Below are positions 19,701 to 27,781 of a stretch of DNA of 64,000 bases, piece by piece. Made by a program: the position numbers and the translations under genes. The notes below the pieces were generated by a model. That model did not search any database, was not told the origin of the DNA, and saw only the letters and a program-made list of their open reading frames with translations. Within the stretch, counting starts at the first letter, position 1. Each line of letters starts with the position of its first letter. Source of the stretch: an uncultured Bifidobacteriales bacterium (lineage in GTDB: Bacteria; Fibrobacterota; Fibrobacteria; UBA11236; JADFYW01); the NCBI GenBank assembly GCA_964603925.1, contig CAZRWX010000001.1, positions 5,489 to 69,488 on the forward strand, read 5' to 3'.

Positions 19701-19912
19701 CCAATCTGGCAGCCCGAAGGGAGATCTGCGAAGAGGCAGACCGTATTTCCCACCAGGTGCATACTGATGCACAGCTTACTAAAATCAAAAACCTGCAAAA
19801 GGAATGGCGCAATCACGGTCCCATACCAAAAGAGGAATTCAAAGAGCTCTGGCTTAGTTTTAAAAAGTCCTGTGATATTGTGCTTGCGGGCGACGAGAGA
19901 CTAGGGGAATAA
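16766..19912 (+). CDS. DUF349 repeat protein, 1048 aa, highly charged, at least 9 tandem ~68-aa helical repeats
   Basis: Recurrent units of the form (N/D)W(K/R)E..E(I/L)(I/F)KKAQ..WK.(I/T)GPVPKE....IW.(R/Q)FR..CD.FF..R, e.g. NWKESTEIIKKAQAQWKDTGPVPKEQSDSIWEQFRNLCDKYFDKR. The N-terminus MKFGDFFKPQWKQSDPRIR also matches my recollection of the DUF349 (PF03993) family. Confidence 0.8.
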   Translation: MKFGDFFKPQWKQSDPRIRAEAIKSLDEEFHLDDLTTIAISDELLDNSRLALKKINSETSLIKIAENAQETAIRESAQKKLSEIWTGFIKSNDNANEAISLIKKVKDLKCLEDIALNSKSLDVRKAGLDMLVHASSILKVALNEKDEELAFKALSKISKPAQLEIVSKKALNKSLRQKAKELFESQTNAGESLSEEQVRSAQLELLCRTVESLEQPTNWEDAARKLNEAKTTWGSLVSEAQAIPEALSQRFEIALEQYKSAELKHLEKEQMRQKDRDYQLKLGEKRSICNKIDELLIIKNKSERNEQISTLIDRWRALGDLSEEDAQLLDARFKKATETFQGQLKELSQKETKTDNVQALLEDAKQLAERPVSDGCQTQIKDLKAALNRLPSENQTPEVTQIEGLISQIEDTIQKHDQQIVDEEAANFIKLKEVIPQIETLVDNPDLLESERKFRDLIHQWRALHPFNHLNSESQAEYASLTQAFDSNCERYREAQEWLRWSNLKKKQDICQQLETFLEASEPRELYKKLREMQSEWRQVGPVSWEASKEIWDQYRKLTDEIYEKCQSFFSELEEERKANLEAKKELCTLVETQIESTNWKESTEIIKKAQAQWKDTGPVPKEQSDSIWEQFRNLCDKYFDKRKLYFEELESQKDSNFGKKLELCKLVEDNQDSTNWRETAEIFKKAQEDWKQIGPVPKERMEEIWDRFRKACDHFFNARDMYFKTLDANKDENLAQKEALIEQILNLENIESDQEKFDLIKKAQAEWKLIGPVEKDKADLIWERFRKPIDDFFDKRKLINKEENQHREENLGKKEELCQQAETLSESKDWKKTSEELKKLQASWKQIGPAARDKDKAIWMRFRSACDAFFSNMKDHYRQLDEKRSLNLNVKEDLCFQAERLAGFVEFKDNDTDSTQENGKDWPLAAQSVKELQKKWKEVGPVPRSQSDELWQRFRMACDFIFDQIRAVDSEESVNEEANLAARREICEEADRISHQVHTDAQLTKIKNLQKEWRNHGPIPKEEFKELWLSFKKSCDIVLAGDERLGE

Positions 19913-19916
19913 AGCT

Positions 19917-20720
19917 TTATTGCTGGGTTTTTAAAAGTTCTTTTGCCCTGTGGGCTTCATTGGAACTGGGGCATTTTTCTAAAAGCATACCCCAGATTTC
20001 AGCCTTTTTAGTTTTATCACCTTTTTTATCATAGACAAGGCCCGATTTAAAAAGCGCAGAGCAAAATTTATTGCCATGGGGATAATCACTAGCGGCCTTC
20101 TGATAATACTCCAGAGCTTTATCGAGCTTATTGTCTTTATAATAACACTCCCCCATCCAATAGAGGGCATTGTCCTTAAAAGAGCCTGTCAAGTCTTTAT
20201 CAAACACATTGTTAAACCCTTTAAAAGCCAGCATATATTTACCGGTTATGTAATCTTCCCTGGCCTGGAGATAAAGTTTTTCTATGTCCAGACCACCTAC
20301 AACTTTTGCTTTGCCTTGAGAAGATAAGGATGTATCTGAATAAACCACGCTGGTATCGGAATTACCCGGAGTAAGAACAAGGCGCTGACCCAGTATCTTA
20401 TCCACCTTTTTCTCCAGCTCACGATACCGATGCTGAGACTCGTCCATCTCGGCATGGAGCCTGTCCAACTGGGACTCCAGCTGCTTGAGCAGTATAGTTA
20501 AGTCGGCCTTCATCTTATTGGTGACCCCGCCCTGACTCAGGATAAGATCGTCTACTGTTTTAATGAGCTCGCCCAGCCTGGCTTTTACCTCTTTAACATC
20601 TTCATTAGTTTGTTGAACGTTAGTCTCTATCATCTTCATGCGCGCACACCCGCTTAATGAAGCAAATACAGCCATAAGTAAAATCAGATAAACAGATACT
20701 GTAAATTTTAGCGCATTCAT
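19917..20720 (-). CDS. cpoB: Tol-Pal system protein CpoB/YbgF-like (lipoprotein; coiled-coil N-domain + C-terminal TPR)
   Basis: Lipobox ASLSGCA. A long coiled-coil region (LKQLESQLDRLHAEMDESQHRYRELEKKVD). C-terminal TPR motifs (ALYWMGECYYKDNKLDKALEYYQKAASDYP...). Last gene of the tol-pal cluster. Confidence 0.7.
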   Translation of the reverse strand: MNALKFTVSVYLILLMAVFASLSGCARMKMIETNVQQTNEDVKEVKARLGELIKTVDDLILSQGGVTNKMKADLTILLKQLESQLDRLHAEMDESQHRYRELEKKVDKILGQRLVLTPGNSDTSVVYSDTSLSSQGKAKVVGGLDIEKLYLQAREDYITGKYMLAFKGFNNVFDKDLTGSFKDNALYWMGECYYKDNKLDKALEYYQKAASDYPHGNKFCSALFKSGLVYDKKGDKTKKAEIWGMLLEKCPSSNEAHRAKELLKTQQ

Positions 20721-20739
20721 GAAATTATACCTGTGTTTC

Positions 20740-20780
20740 TCTTTTAAAAAATAAAGGCACAGTTAAAATCAACTGTGCCT
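20740..20780 (-). terminator. Rho-independent terminator-like hairpin downstream of pal (minus strand)
   Basis: Stem ggcacagtt(20756-20764) / aactgtgcc(20771-20779) with a 6-nt loop. On the minus strand it is followed by a T-tract (plus-strand aaaaaataaa at 20745-20754). Confidence 0.5.
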
Positions 20781-20804
20781 GAAAATTTAATAAAAAACTA
20801 AAAC

Positions 20805-21341
20805 TTACTGAATACTGGCGGTGGCCTTAAATTCAGCACGCCGATTTTGATTGCGGCTGGCATCGTCGGCGTTTTCGGCAGCCGGCTGCTCCTCCCCAAA
20901 GCTTACAACAGCAACACGGCCAGCCTGAACCCCATAGCTCTCTAAATACTCCATAACCGAACGAGCACGCCGCTCACCAAGAGCCATATTATACTCTGAG
21001 GTGCCAATATCGCAGGTATGACCCTCAATACGGACATTAATACGCCTACCGGCATTGCCATTTAGCAGTATACTGCCAACCTCGGAAAGGATTTCTTTAC
21101 CTTCGGGCTTAATTACATATCTATCAAAATCAAAATATATTTTGTTGCCCAGGATCTTATTGAGAAGCTCCTGTACCCTTTGAGCTAAAATGGCTGCTGA
21201 ATCAACCTCGGACTCGGGCTCAAGCTCGGGTGCAGCAATAGGCTCGGGCTCGGGAGGTGGTGGCGGCGGTGGTGGTGGCGGCTTGGCACAGCCGATAAAA
21301 AGAAACACCAGCCCCGTTATTAACATTATAGTCTTTTTCAT
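20805..21341 (-). CDS. pal: Peptidoglycan-associated lipoprotein Pal (OmpA-C domain)
   Basis: Lipobox LFIGCAK. A P10 run as linker. OmpA-like domain (IYFDFDRYVIKPEG...NVRIEGHTCDIGTSEYNMALGERRARSVMEYL). Confidence 0.85.
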   Translation of the reverse strand: MKKTIMLITGLVFLFIGCAKPPPPPPPPPPEPEPIAAPELEPESEVDSAAILAQRVQELLNKILGNKIYFDFDRYVIKPEGKEILSEVGSILLNGNAGRRINVRIEGHTCDIGTSEYNMALGERRARSVMEYLESYGVQAGRVAVVSFGEEQPAAENADDASRNQNRRAEFKATASIQ

Positions 21342-21427
21342 GGAATGCCCTCCTTTATCACGTGTATAAAAAATACATATTCAGGAATATTTTGCCACTG
21401 CTAAACCAAGTATTTTCACAAAAACAA

Positions 21428-22693
21428 CTATTCTTGTAGAAAATGAGACCATTGGGCAGTAGTATTGTTACCAAAGTGAGTCAATTGTCTCTGATTTGAG
21501 CCATCTTCACGCATAGTATAAAGTTCATTTCTACCTGAGCGGGTAGATGTAAAGACAATATGACGGCCATCGGGGCTCCAATTGGGGCTTTCATTGCTGC
21601 CGCTTTCAAATGTCAGCTGTGTCATAGGCCCGCCTTCAACCGAGATAGTATATATGTCATACTGACTGTTGGACTTCATGCTGCAGAAGGCAATTTTATC
21701 CCCCCTGGGTGACCAGCTGGGTGATTCATTAGCTTTGCCCTCATAGGTAAGGCGGCGTATATTTGAGCCATCCCTGTCAAAGACATAAAGCATCCGCCGG
21801 CCGCTCCTGTCGGAAATAAATACTATTTCATAACCATTTGGCGACCAGTTAGGGTCTGTGTCTATGGCCCTGGAAAATGTGAGCCTTACTGGGTTACCCT
21901 TGCTGTTTGATATACGAAAAATTTCAAAATTCCCATCCACTGACGAGGAATAAACTACTTCACCATCAATAGAATTGTAATCGGGCAGGTAATTCAGATA
22001 TTTAGAACGAAGAAATACAGACTCCCTGCCAGTAGGGATATCTTTAATAAAAAGCTGAGGAGTGCCTAGCTTATAGCTGGTGAACATTATAGAGGAATTA
22101 CCCCGCAGCCAGCAGGGGAAGAGGCTTTGGGTTTTATCATTGGTAAGCGGCTCGGAGTTAGCGCCGTCATAATCTATGCTGTAAATCTCCTTAGTGGAGC
22201 CCTGTTTATGGACGAATAAAATTTTTGTTTGAGCAATACCCTTTTCACCAAACAACTGATAAACAAGTTCATCCGAAAACTTGTGTGCCGCCAGCCGCAG
22301 CTGCGCCTGCCCGGCTACATAACGCTTCCCATATATAAGCTCCTGTGTTTCTACATCTCTTAAATAACATTGCAGAGTTATTTGTGTTCCAGAAAACTGA
22401 TAAGTACCATGTATATACGCATAAGCTTCATTGAGCATGAAATATGCTCTGGAAGCGCTGTCAAACTTAGGGGCCTCTACAATACGCACCCGCCCGCTGA
22501 ATTCCAAATCGTCTGCTATAACTTTGCCCACCCGGACCGGCAAGGGCCGAGAGCCCGGAGAGTCTGTGGTAAAACCTACGTAACCCAATGGGAGCCTGGT
22601 TTCCCCATGATCTGTAGCTCTTAAAACAGCATCCTGACAATAAATAGCCAAAGCAGATATGTGAATAAAAAGAAGAATGCTGAAAATTTTCAT
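21428..22693 (-). CDS. tolB: TolB periplasmic beta-propeller protein
   Basis: Signal peptide, TolB N-domain, and repeated WSPDG/PSWSP blades (PNWSPNGYEIVFIS, PSWSPRGDKIAF, PNWSPDGRHIVFTS). Confidence 0.9.
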   Translation of the reverse strand: MKIFSILLFIHISALAIYCQDAVLRATDHGETRLPLGYVGFTTDSPGSRPLPVRVGKVIADDLEFSGRVRIVEAPKFDSASRAYFMLNEAYAYIHGTYQFSGTQITLQCYLRDVETQELIYGKRYVAGQAQLRLAAHKFSDELVYQLFGEKGIAQTKILFVHKQGSTKEIYSIDYDGANSEPLTNDKTQSLFPCWLRGNSSIMFTSYKLGTPQLFIKDIPTGRESVFLRSKYLNYLPDYNSIDGEVVYSSSVDGNFEIFRISNSKGNPVRLTFSRAIDTDPNWSPNGYEIVFISDRSGRRMLYVFDRDGSNIRRLTYEGKANESPSWSPRGDKIAFCSMKSNSQYDIYTISVEGGPMTQLTFESGSNESPNWSPDGRHIVFTSTRSGRNELYTMREDGSNQRQLTHFGNNTTAQWSHFLQE

Positions 22694-23391
22694 TAATCGC
22701 CTGAATATGGAAATTGAAATCTTATGCTGAGAATATCTTTATCTCTGTAATTTAGAGGAATAGAAGGCAGATGGCCAACTCTTAGGATAGTATTTAAGGC
22801 TATATCATCCAAATCATTATTTCCAGATGACCCGCCGATTGCCACATCAGATATAACTCCAGAGCGATTAACTTTGAAATCTATCGAAGCCTCCTTGTAC
22901 CCAATAATGCCTATTCCGCCTGGAGGGTTCCAGCGTGTATCAATAATTTTTTTTACCCGCCTTAACCAGTTTTTTAAGCGGGGGTCACTCATTTCAGCCA
23001 TAAGCATTCGAGGTGTGGTCTCCTCGGGGACTTCCTCAACCACTTTATCTACTTTGTGGGTATCTGGTTTAGACTTAACCTCGACGGGTTTATCCGGGAT
23101 AAGGGCCTTCTCAGGATTGCGTGTAAGCCTGGGTGCCGCCCGTTTTGGAGAAGGCTTTTGTCTGGGCTTAACTACAGGCTTAACCTTTGGCTTAAGCAGC
23201 CTTACCTTGGGTTTTTGCAGACTGACCACCTCAAAGACGGGGATACTTCTTATTACGGGTTTATGGAATATTGGATAAATTAGCAAAGCGGCCGCCAGCA
23301 CCGCGTGAAGCCCCACAGACAACCAGATAGTGCGGGAGAGACTGCCCGAGGTAAGAGAGTCTATGGGCTGCCAGCCTTGGGGTGACATCAT
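22693..23391 (-). CDS. tolA: TolA-position protein of TonB family (N-terminal anchor, Pro/Lys-rich spacer, TonB-C domain)
   Basis: TM anchor IWLSVGLHAVLAAALLIY; KPKVKPVVKPRQKPSPK spacer; C-terminal TonB-like domain. Position between tolR and tolB. Confidence 0.7.
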   Translation of the reverse strand: MMSPQGWQPIDSLTSGSLSRTIWLSVGLHAVLAAALLIYPIFHKPVIRSIPVFEVVSLQKPKVRLLKPKVKPVVKPRQKPSPKRAAPRLTRNPEKALIPDKPVEVKSKPDTHKVDKVVEEVPEETTPRMLMAEMSDPRLKNWLRRVKKIIDTRWNPPGGIGIIGYKEASIDFKVNRSGVISDVAIGGSSGNNDLDDIALNTILRVGHLPSIPLNYRDKDILSIRFQFPYSGD

Positions 23392-23813
23392 CTTACTTTT
23401 TTAAACTTTCTCAAATTAACAGAAGGATCGGTTAGAAAACCCAACCTCTTAGCCCCCTCCTTCTGAGCATCAGCAACAATGCTCATTACAAACCCGTAAG
23501 GTATGGCCTGATCAGCATTAATGACAACAACCGTATTAGGGTCTCCCAACCATACCTTACGAAAATCACTTCTGAAATCCATTTGATTTGTAGGCAAGTC
23601 ATCTATGATAACTTCTCTGCCTTTGGTGATAGTGATGTTAACAGACTTCTTTTCGTCCAGGGAAGCAGCCTGGACTTTGGGCAAATCAACCTTTATACCC
23701 TGACTCATCAAGGGTGCCGTAATCATAAAAACTACCAGGATAGAAAATATGACATCTATCATATTTGTCATATTAAGATCAGGATTAAGGTTAAGGCTTT
23801 TTCTTCTTCTCAC
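23388..23813 (-). CDS. tolR: TolR/ExbD biopolymer transport protein
   Basis: MTNMIDVIFSILVVFMITAPL is a typical ExbD/TolR N-terminus. 141 aa. 4-bp overlap with the tolA start. Confidence 0.85.
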   Translation of the reverse strand: MRRRKSLNLNPDLNMTNMIDVIFSILVVFMITAPLMSQGIKVDLPKVQAASLDEKKSVNITITKGREVIIDDLPTNQMDFRSDFRKVWLGDPNTVVVINADQAIPYGFVMSIVADAQKEGAKRLGFLTDPSVNLRKFKKVR

Positions 23814-23822
23814 AAAAACTCC

Positions 23823-24521
23823 TCAGGCTGCGGCATTTGCTTTTTCCAGGGCTTTTAAATCTCCCCGTTTAAACAAACTCATTAACTCTGAGCCAAAGTC
23901 ATCAAGATAGGCCTCTGTTTTGCGGTTATAAGACACAAAAAAATTGTATGCCGCAGAAGCTGGAATTGCCACAGACAAACCAATTATTGTGGTTACCAGA
24001 GCCTCGGCAATGCCAGGAGCAACTACAGTAATATTCGCTGAACCCTGATTACCTATATCCAGAAACGAATGCATAATGCCCCACACTGTCCCAAAAAGCC
24101 CTAAAAATGGAGACACCCCACTGCATAATGCCAGGAAACCCAGCAAGCGGTCATTTATATTAATTTCCCGATTAAGGGCCCTTTCGACAGCCTCTGCCAC
24201 TAACTGCGCACGAGCCTCCAGTGAGTCAAAAGATACATAGGGAGCTAGGCCCTCCATTTCGGCAATAGCGGCCCGGGAAACTCTGCCCAGGCTGGTATCA
24301 GGCATTTCCTGATATAATTGCTGGATAGTTTCAAAATCCCGATGAGCTCTGAGATGGGAAAACCACTTTTTAAAAAACACCTGCTTCTTCCTATTACTTA
24401 AAGCTTTTAATACAATAATGGCCCACACACCTACGGAAAGTACAGCCAGAATAAGTAGAATAAAGAGGGCTAAAGGCCCGGATTTGCCTATTAATGCAAA
24501 AATGGGGACTTGATTGGCCAT
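23823..24521 (-). CDS. tolQ: TolQ/ExbB (MotA/TolQ/ExbB proton channel family)
   Basis: Three TM helices and the conserved SGVSPFLGLFGTVWGIMHSF region. First gene of the cluster. Confidence 0.85.
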   Translation of the reverse strand: MANQVPIFALIGKSGPLALFILLILAVLSVGVWAIIVLKALSNRKKQVFFKKWFSHLRAHRDFETIQQLYQEMPDTSLGRVSRAAIAEMEGLAPYVSFDSLEARAQLVAEAVERALNREININDRLLGFLALCSGVSPFLGLFGTVWGIMHSFLDIGNQGSANITVVAPGIAEALVTTIIGLSVAIPASAAYNFFVSYNRKTEAYLDDFGSELMSLFKRGDLKALEKANAAA

Positions 24522-24990
24522 TGAACACCTGCATGGTTAAAAAAACTGTACCCGCACCAGAGATACGACTAAATACATTAGGAAACTAAAAATCTGACAC
24601 TGTCATAGCCAGCGAGTGTTTCAAGTAAATGCTATTTTTTTAAAAAAGGATGATAATTACAGGCAGTTTCCAGCAAAGTACATTTAAAGCCTACTAATTA
24701 TTTTTAGGCTTGGATGAGCTTATCCAAAGCAATAAAAACCAAAAGTTCCTAAAACTTTCCTAAATTTTAACCCATGTCTAAAATTCTAATTCTAATTGCC
24801 CTATTTTATCTGGGTCACATTTTATTCAGAAAATTTATGTTGCCACCTAAAGTTACCCAGGTCAAAAACCCCAGTCGCTTCGCCGGCAAGAGTAAGCATG
24901 TTCAAGCCTCCGATGGGGAGTTTAAAGACATAAAATAATTGTATAACATATGCCCCACAGGTATTTATTAAACCATAACAGGAATTCGGT

Positions 24991-26079
24991 ATGACTGCGG
25001 ATAAATTCAATCAACCTATTAAATTCCAACCTCTTTTATTGGACAAGATCTGGGGGGGGGCCAAGCTTTACAATCTTCTTAACAAAGGGGAGGCCACCAA
25101 CTCCAGCATTGGTGAATCCTGGGAGGTATCCGATAATGACACAGCCCAGAGCCTTGTAGAAGGCGGCCCTTTTCATGGCCAGAGTTTCCGCAACCTGTTC
25201 CAGTCAAACAAAGAGGCCATTTTAGGCCGCCATGTCACAGTCAATTTTCCCAGGTTTCCTTTGTTGTATAAGTTTATAGACGCAACAGACGATCTTTCTG
25301 TACAAGTACACCCCGGTGAGGGTTCTCCATTAGGCGATTCAAAAACTGAGACATGGGTAGTTGTAGATGCCGAAAAAGACTCAAAAATTATTGTAGGGAT
25401 ATCCTCCCATAAAGATTCCAGGGATATCCTGGAAGACCTAAAAACCCCCAGGGCGCGCAGTGTTCTAAATCAGATACCTGTTAAAGCCGGCGATGTACTT
25501 TTTATCCCGGCGGGCACTGTGCATGCCATTACCAAGGGCCTGGTTATCTATGAAGTGCAGCAAAATTCCGATACCACTTTCAGGCTCTATGACTGGGATC
25601 GCCAGGACAACAACGGCAACCCCAGGCAGCTTCATATTAATGAAGCCGCCCAGGTAATAGACTATACCGTACATGACAATCATAAAATCCAGCCTTTGAC
25701 CATTCACAGCGATCAGTGCGAAATATCTTACCTGGTGGCCTGCAAACATTTTCTGTTGCAGACCTATACCTGTTTTGAAGCCCCCATTATGCTGCCTGAC
25801 AGGGGTAGCTTTACAGTCCTTACCTGTATGAATGGCAATTTTTCGCTTAGGAATAAAGACAGTGATGTATCCGTAAACCATGGCGAAAGTGTGCTGATAC
25901 CAGCCGTGTGCCAGGAGTTATGTCTGGAGGCATCAAGCTATGACACAAGCATTATCGCCAGCTTTATCCCGGATATTAACAAAGACATCATAATGCCTTT
26001 AAAGCAGGCCGGGTACTCAGGCGAGGACATCAATAAACTTGGAGGGAGAACGGGGCTTTATGGTCATGATAATAAATGA
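24991..26079 (+). CDS. manA: Mannose-6-phosphate isomerase, class I (cupin, Bacillus-type)
   Basis: DKIWGG, SVQVHPGEG, ETWVVVDAEKDSKIIVG, and GDVLFIPAGTVHAITKGLVIYEVQQNSDTTFRLYDWDR, the last closely resembling B. subtilis ManA. Confidence 0.85.
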   Translation: MTADKFNQPIKFQPLLLDKIWGGAKLYNLLNKGEATNSSIGESWEVSDNDTAQSLVEGGPFHGQSFRNLFQSNKEAILGRHVTVNFPRFPLLYKFIDATDDLSVQVHPGEGSPLGDSKTETWVVVDAEKDSKIIVGISSHKDSRDILEDLKTPRARSVLNQIPVKAGDVLFIPAGTVHAITKGLVIYEVQQNSDTTFRLYDWDRQDNNGNPRQLHINEAAQVIDYTVHDNHKIQPLTIHSDQCEISYLVACKHFLLQTYTCFEAPIMLPDRGSFTVLTCMNGNFSLRNKDSDVSVNHGESVLIPAVCQELCLEASSYDTSIIASFIPDINKDIIMPLKQAGYSGEDINKLGGRTGLYGHDNK

Positions 26080-26422
26080 TCCGGATTTTACACTGGAAAC
26101 ACATGACCGCTTAACCTATTTCCTGGTTAAAATAAGCGGCAAATTTACAGTAAAAAACCTTTTCGAGGTAAAAAAGGCCATCACCAACATTATGGAGATG
26201 TCAATTAAAAATATTGTTGTCGACCTTGAGCACTGCAGTGAGATGGATTCTTCCTCACTGGGCCTGCTTAGCAATGTACTAAAAAAGCTAAAGCAAAGAA
26301 ATGGCATTCTAGGCCTGATGAACCCCGGAGGTGATATTCTTAATCTTCTTCAAGAAACAGGCCTCACATCAATCGCACCTTTATACACCAGTATTGAGGA
26401 TCTGGATTTAGAGTTTGAGTAA
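26060..26422 (+). CDS. STAS-domain protein (anti-sigma-factor antagonist / SpoIIAA-like)
   Basis: IVVDLEHCSEMDSSSLGLLSNVLKKLKQRNGILGLMNPGGDILNLLQETGL is a STAS fold signature. The ORF-track start at 26039 overlaps manA; the internal ATG at 26060 (MVMIIN...) is the more likely start. Confidence 0.7.
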   Translation: MVMIINDPDFTLETHDRLTYFLVKISGKFTVKNLFEVKKAITNIMEMSIKNIVVDLEHCSEMDSSSLGLLSNVLKKLKQRNGILGLMNPGGDILNLLQETGLTSIAPLYTSIEDLDLEFE

Positions 26423-26786
26423 CCCGCTTTCAGCAGCAGTTACTTCTTACAGAGACTGAGAACGCATTGTATAGGGTTTGTTTTATAATTTCAGGTATGG
26501 GCGGTCCTAAAATGCTTCCCAGTTGTTTACAACTAACAACCGGGATGACATGATAAGGTGAATTACGTCGAAAAAGCACAACGCCAAGCTGAATTTTTGG
26601 AGCCCGGCGCAGCTCAAATGCTGAATCCGACAGACTCCTGGATGTTCTTATTTACTAAACCAATCCCAGATACAATGTTGTCGGCGTTTTACAAAAGCCT
26701 TTTACATTTGAGGAATTGCGGGAACAAATCCACAAATTATCAAATTATCAACCGAAAAGCTGAAAGAGCCCGTAGCCCTGTAACAA

Positions 26787-27158
26787 TTAAACTGCAACGC
26801 GAAGCTTACGCTTTTGCATACGTATAAAATTAGCGCGGCGAAAATCATTGCGATGCTCCATGCAGTACCTTGGATAAACAAACTGCTTGGGAAAAACCTT
26901 TACATAATACCGGCTCTCGCAGCCGGGAAGACAGCAACGGAATTCTAAGTCTATAACCTCTGTATAATTATGGGTAAAGACCATATTCTTGACTTCAACC
27001 CTCTCGAATTCCTTTTTGTGCTTGGCCCTTTGTTTAATATCACGGTGTAATTCGCAATACTTGGCTATAGGATGCCCCCAAAACTCCCGCCCGCAACCGG
27101 GCTCCTGGCAAACTTTAAGTTTAATTCTTTTCTTCTTTTTGTACTTGGGGAGCTGCAT
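26787..27158 (-). CDS. Hypothetical basic Cys-rich protein with two C-x4-C...C-x2-H zinc-ribbon-like motifs
   Basis: CQEPGCGREFWGHPIAKYCELH and CCLPGCESRYYVKVFPKQFVYPRYCMEHR. Lys/Arg rich. The ORF track gives 27218 as start, but the Met at 27158 (MQLPKYKKKKR) looks more plausible. Confidence 0.45.
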   Translation of the reverse strand: MQLPKYKKKKRIKLKVCQEPGCGREFWGHPIAKYCELHRDIKQRAKHKKEFERVEVKNMVFTHNYTEVIDLEFRCCLPGCESRYYVKVFPKQFVYPRYCMEHRNDFRRANFIRMQKRKLRVAV

Positions 27159-27267
27159 AAATGACCCTTTTGCGCTAAATGCGGTAAAGTAGACCACAAT
27201 ATAGTAAGAAATGTCCATTTTTGCAATAAAAAAGGCACTCCCCTGACAAAGAGAAAAGATTCAGGGC

Positions 27268-27639
27268 TTAATTACCCGCCGCAGACAGCTGCTCCTGGAA
27301 CGTATCCCGGGTGAGGTTACCATGACTGTCATGCCATATACATTTCCCGGCTTTAATAATAAGCGCTTGCGGAGATTGATGAGTAACCCCCGTTTTTTCG
27401 GCTATTTCCCGTGAAACAGGCCTGGAATTTACTACATCTACTAAATAAGCTTTGAGATTTGCCGGCGCATTCTCTAAAAAAAGAGTGTATTGACTGTAGG
27501 CATAGTTACTAATAGGACACACCGGGCTGTGTTTAAGCAAAATTACAGGAGATTGTTTGCTGACCTCCAGCAATGATTTAAAATCCTCCGTATTTTGTAT
27601 TTGAGTAAGGTTTTTAGCCTCCTGGTAATCCTGATTCAT
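27268..27639 (-). CDS. ytxJ: Thioredoxin-fold protein of the YtxJ (bacillithiol-system) family
   Basis: ILLKHSPVCPISNYAY carries the family's T/S-C-P-I-S monothiol motif. 123 aa. Confidence 0.6.
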   Translation of the reverse strand: MNQDYQEAKNLTQIQNTEDFKSLLEVSKQSPVILLKHSPVCPISNYAYSQYTLFLENAPANLKAYLVDVVNSRPVSREIAEKTGVTHQSPQALIIKAGKCIWHDSHGNLTRDTFQEQLSAAGN

Positions 27640-27781
27640 TTAAAACTCCTTATTAAGCCATTATTTTGTTACGCCCGGACCGGGAACATTACTAAAATAC
27701 AAAAGTGACTGCGATTTTTAATATTATTGATATACCGGTTTGTGTTCCCGTTCACATTTATGAGCAGGGGTAAGTTTTTCT

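Noticed and set aside
24822-25010. 62-aa minus-strand ORF overlapping the manA start
   Set aside because: It overlaps the start of the manA CDS (it runs to 25010, beyond the ATG at 24991). No features. Likely spurious.
26558-26827. Possible tmRNA (reading frame ending ...AYAFAYV* resembles ssrA tag peptides)
   Set aside because: No tRNA-like acceptor or T-arm (GGTTCGAATCC-type) at either end, no 3' CCA context, and the stop lies inside the downstream minus-strand CDS. Treated as coincidence; the region is kept only as a possible sRNA or leader.
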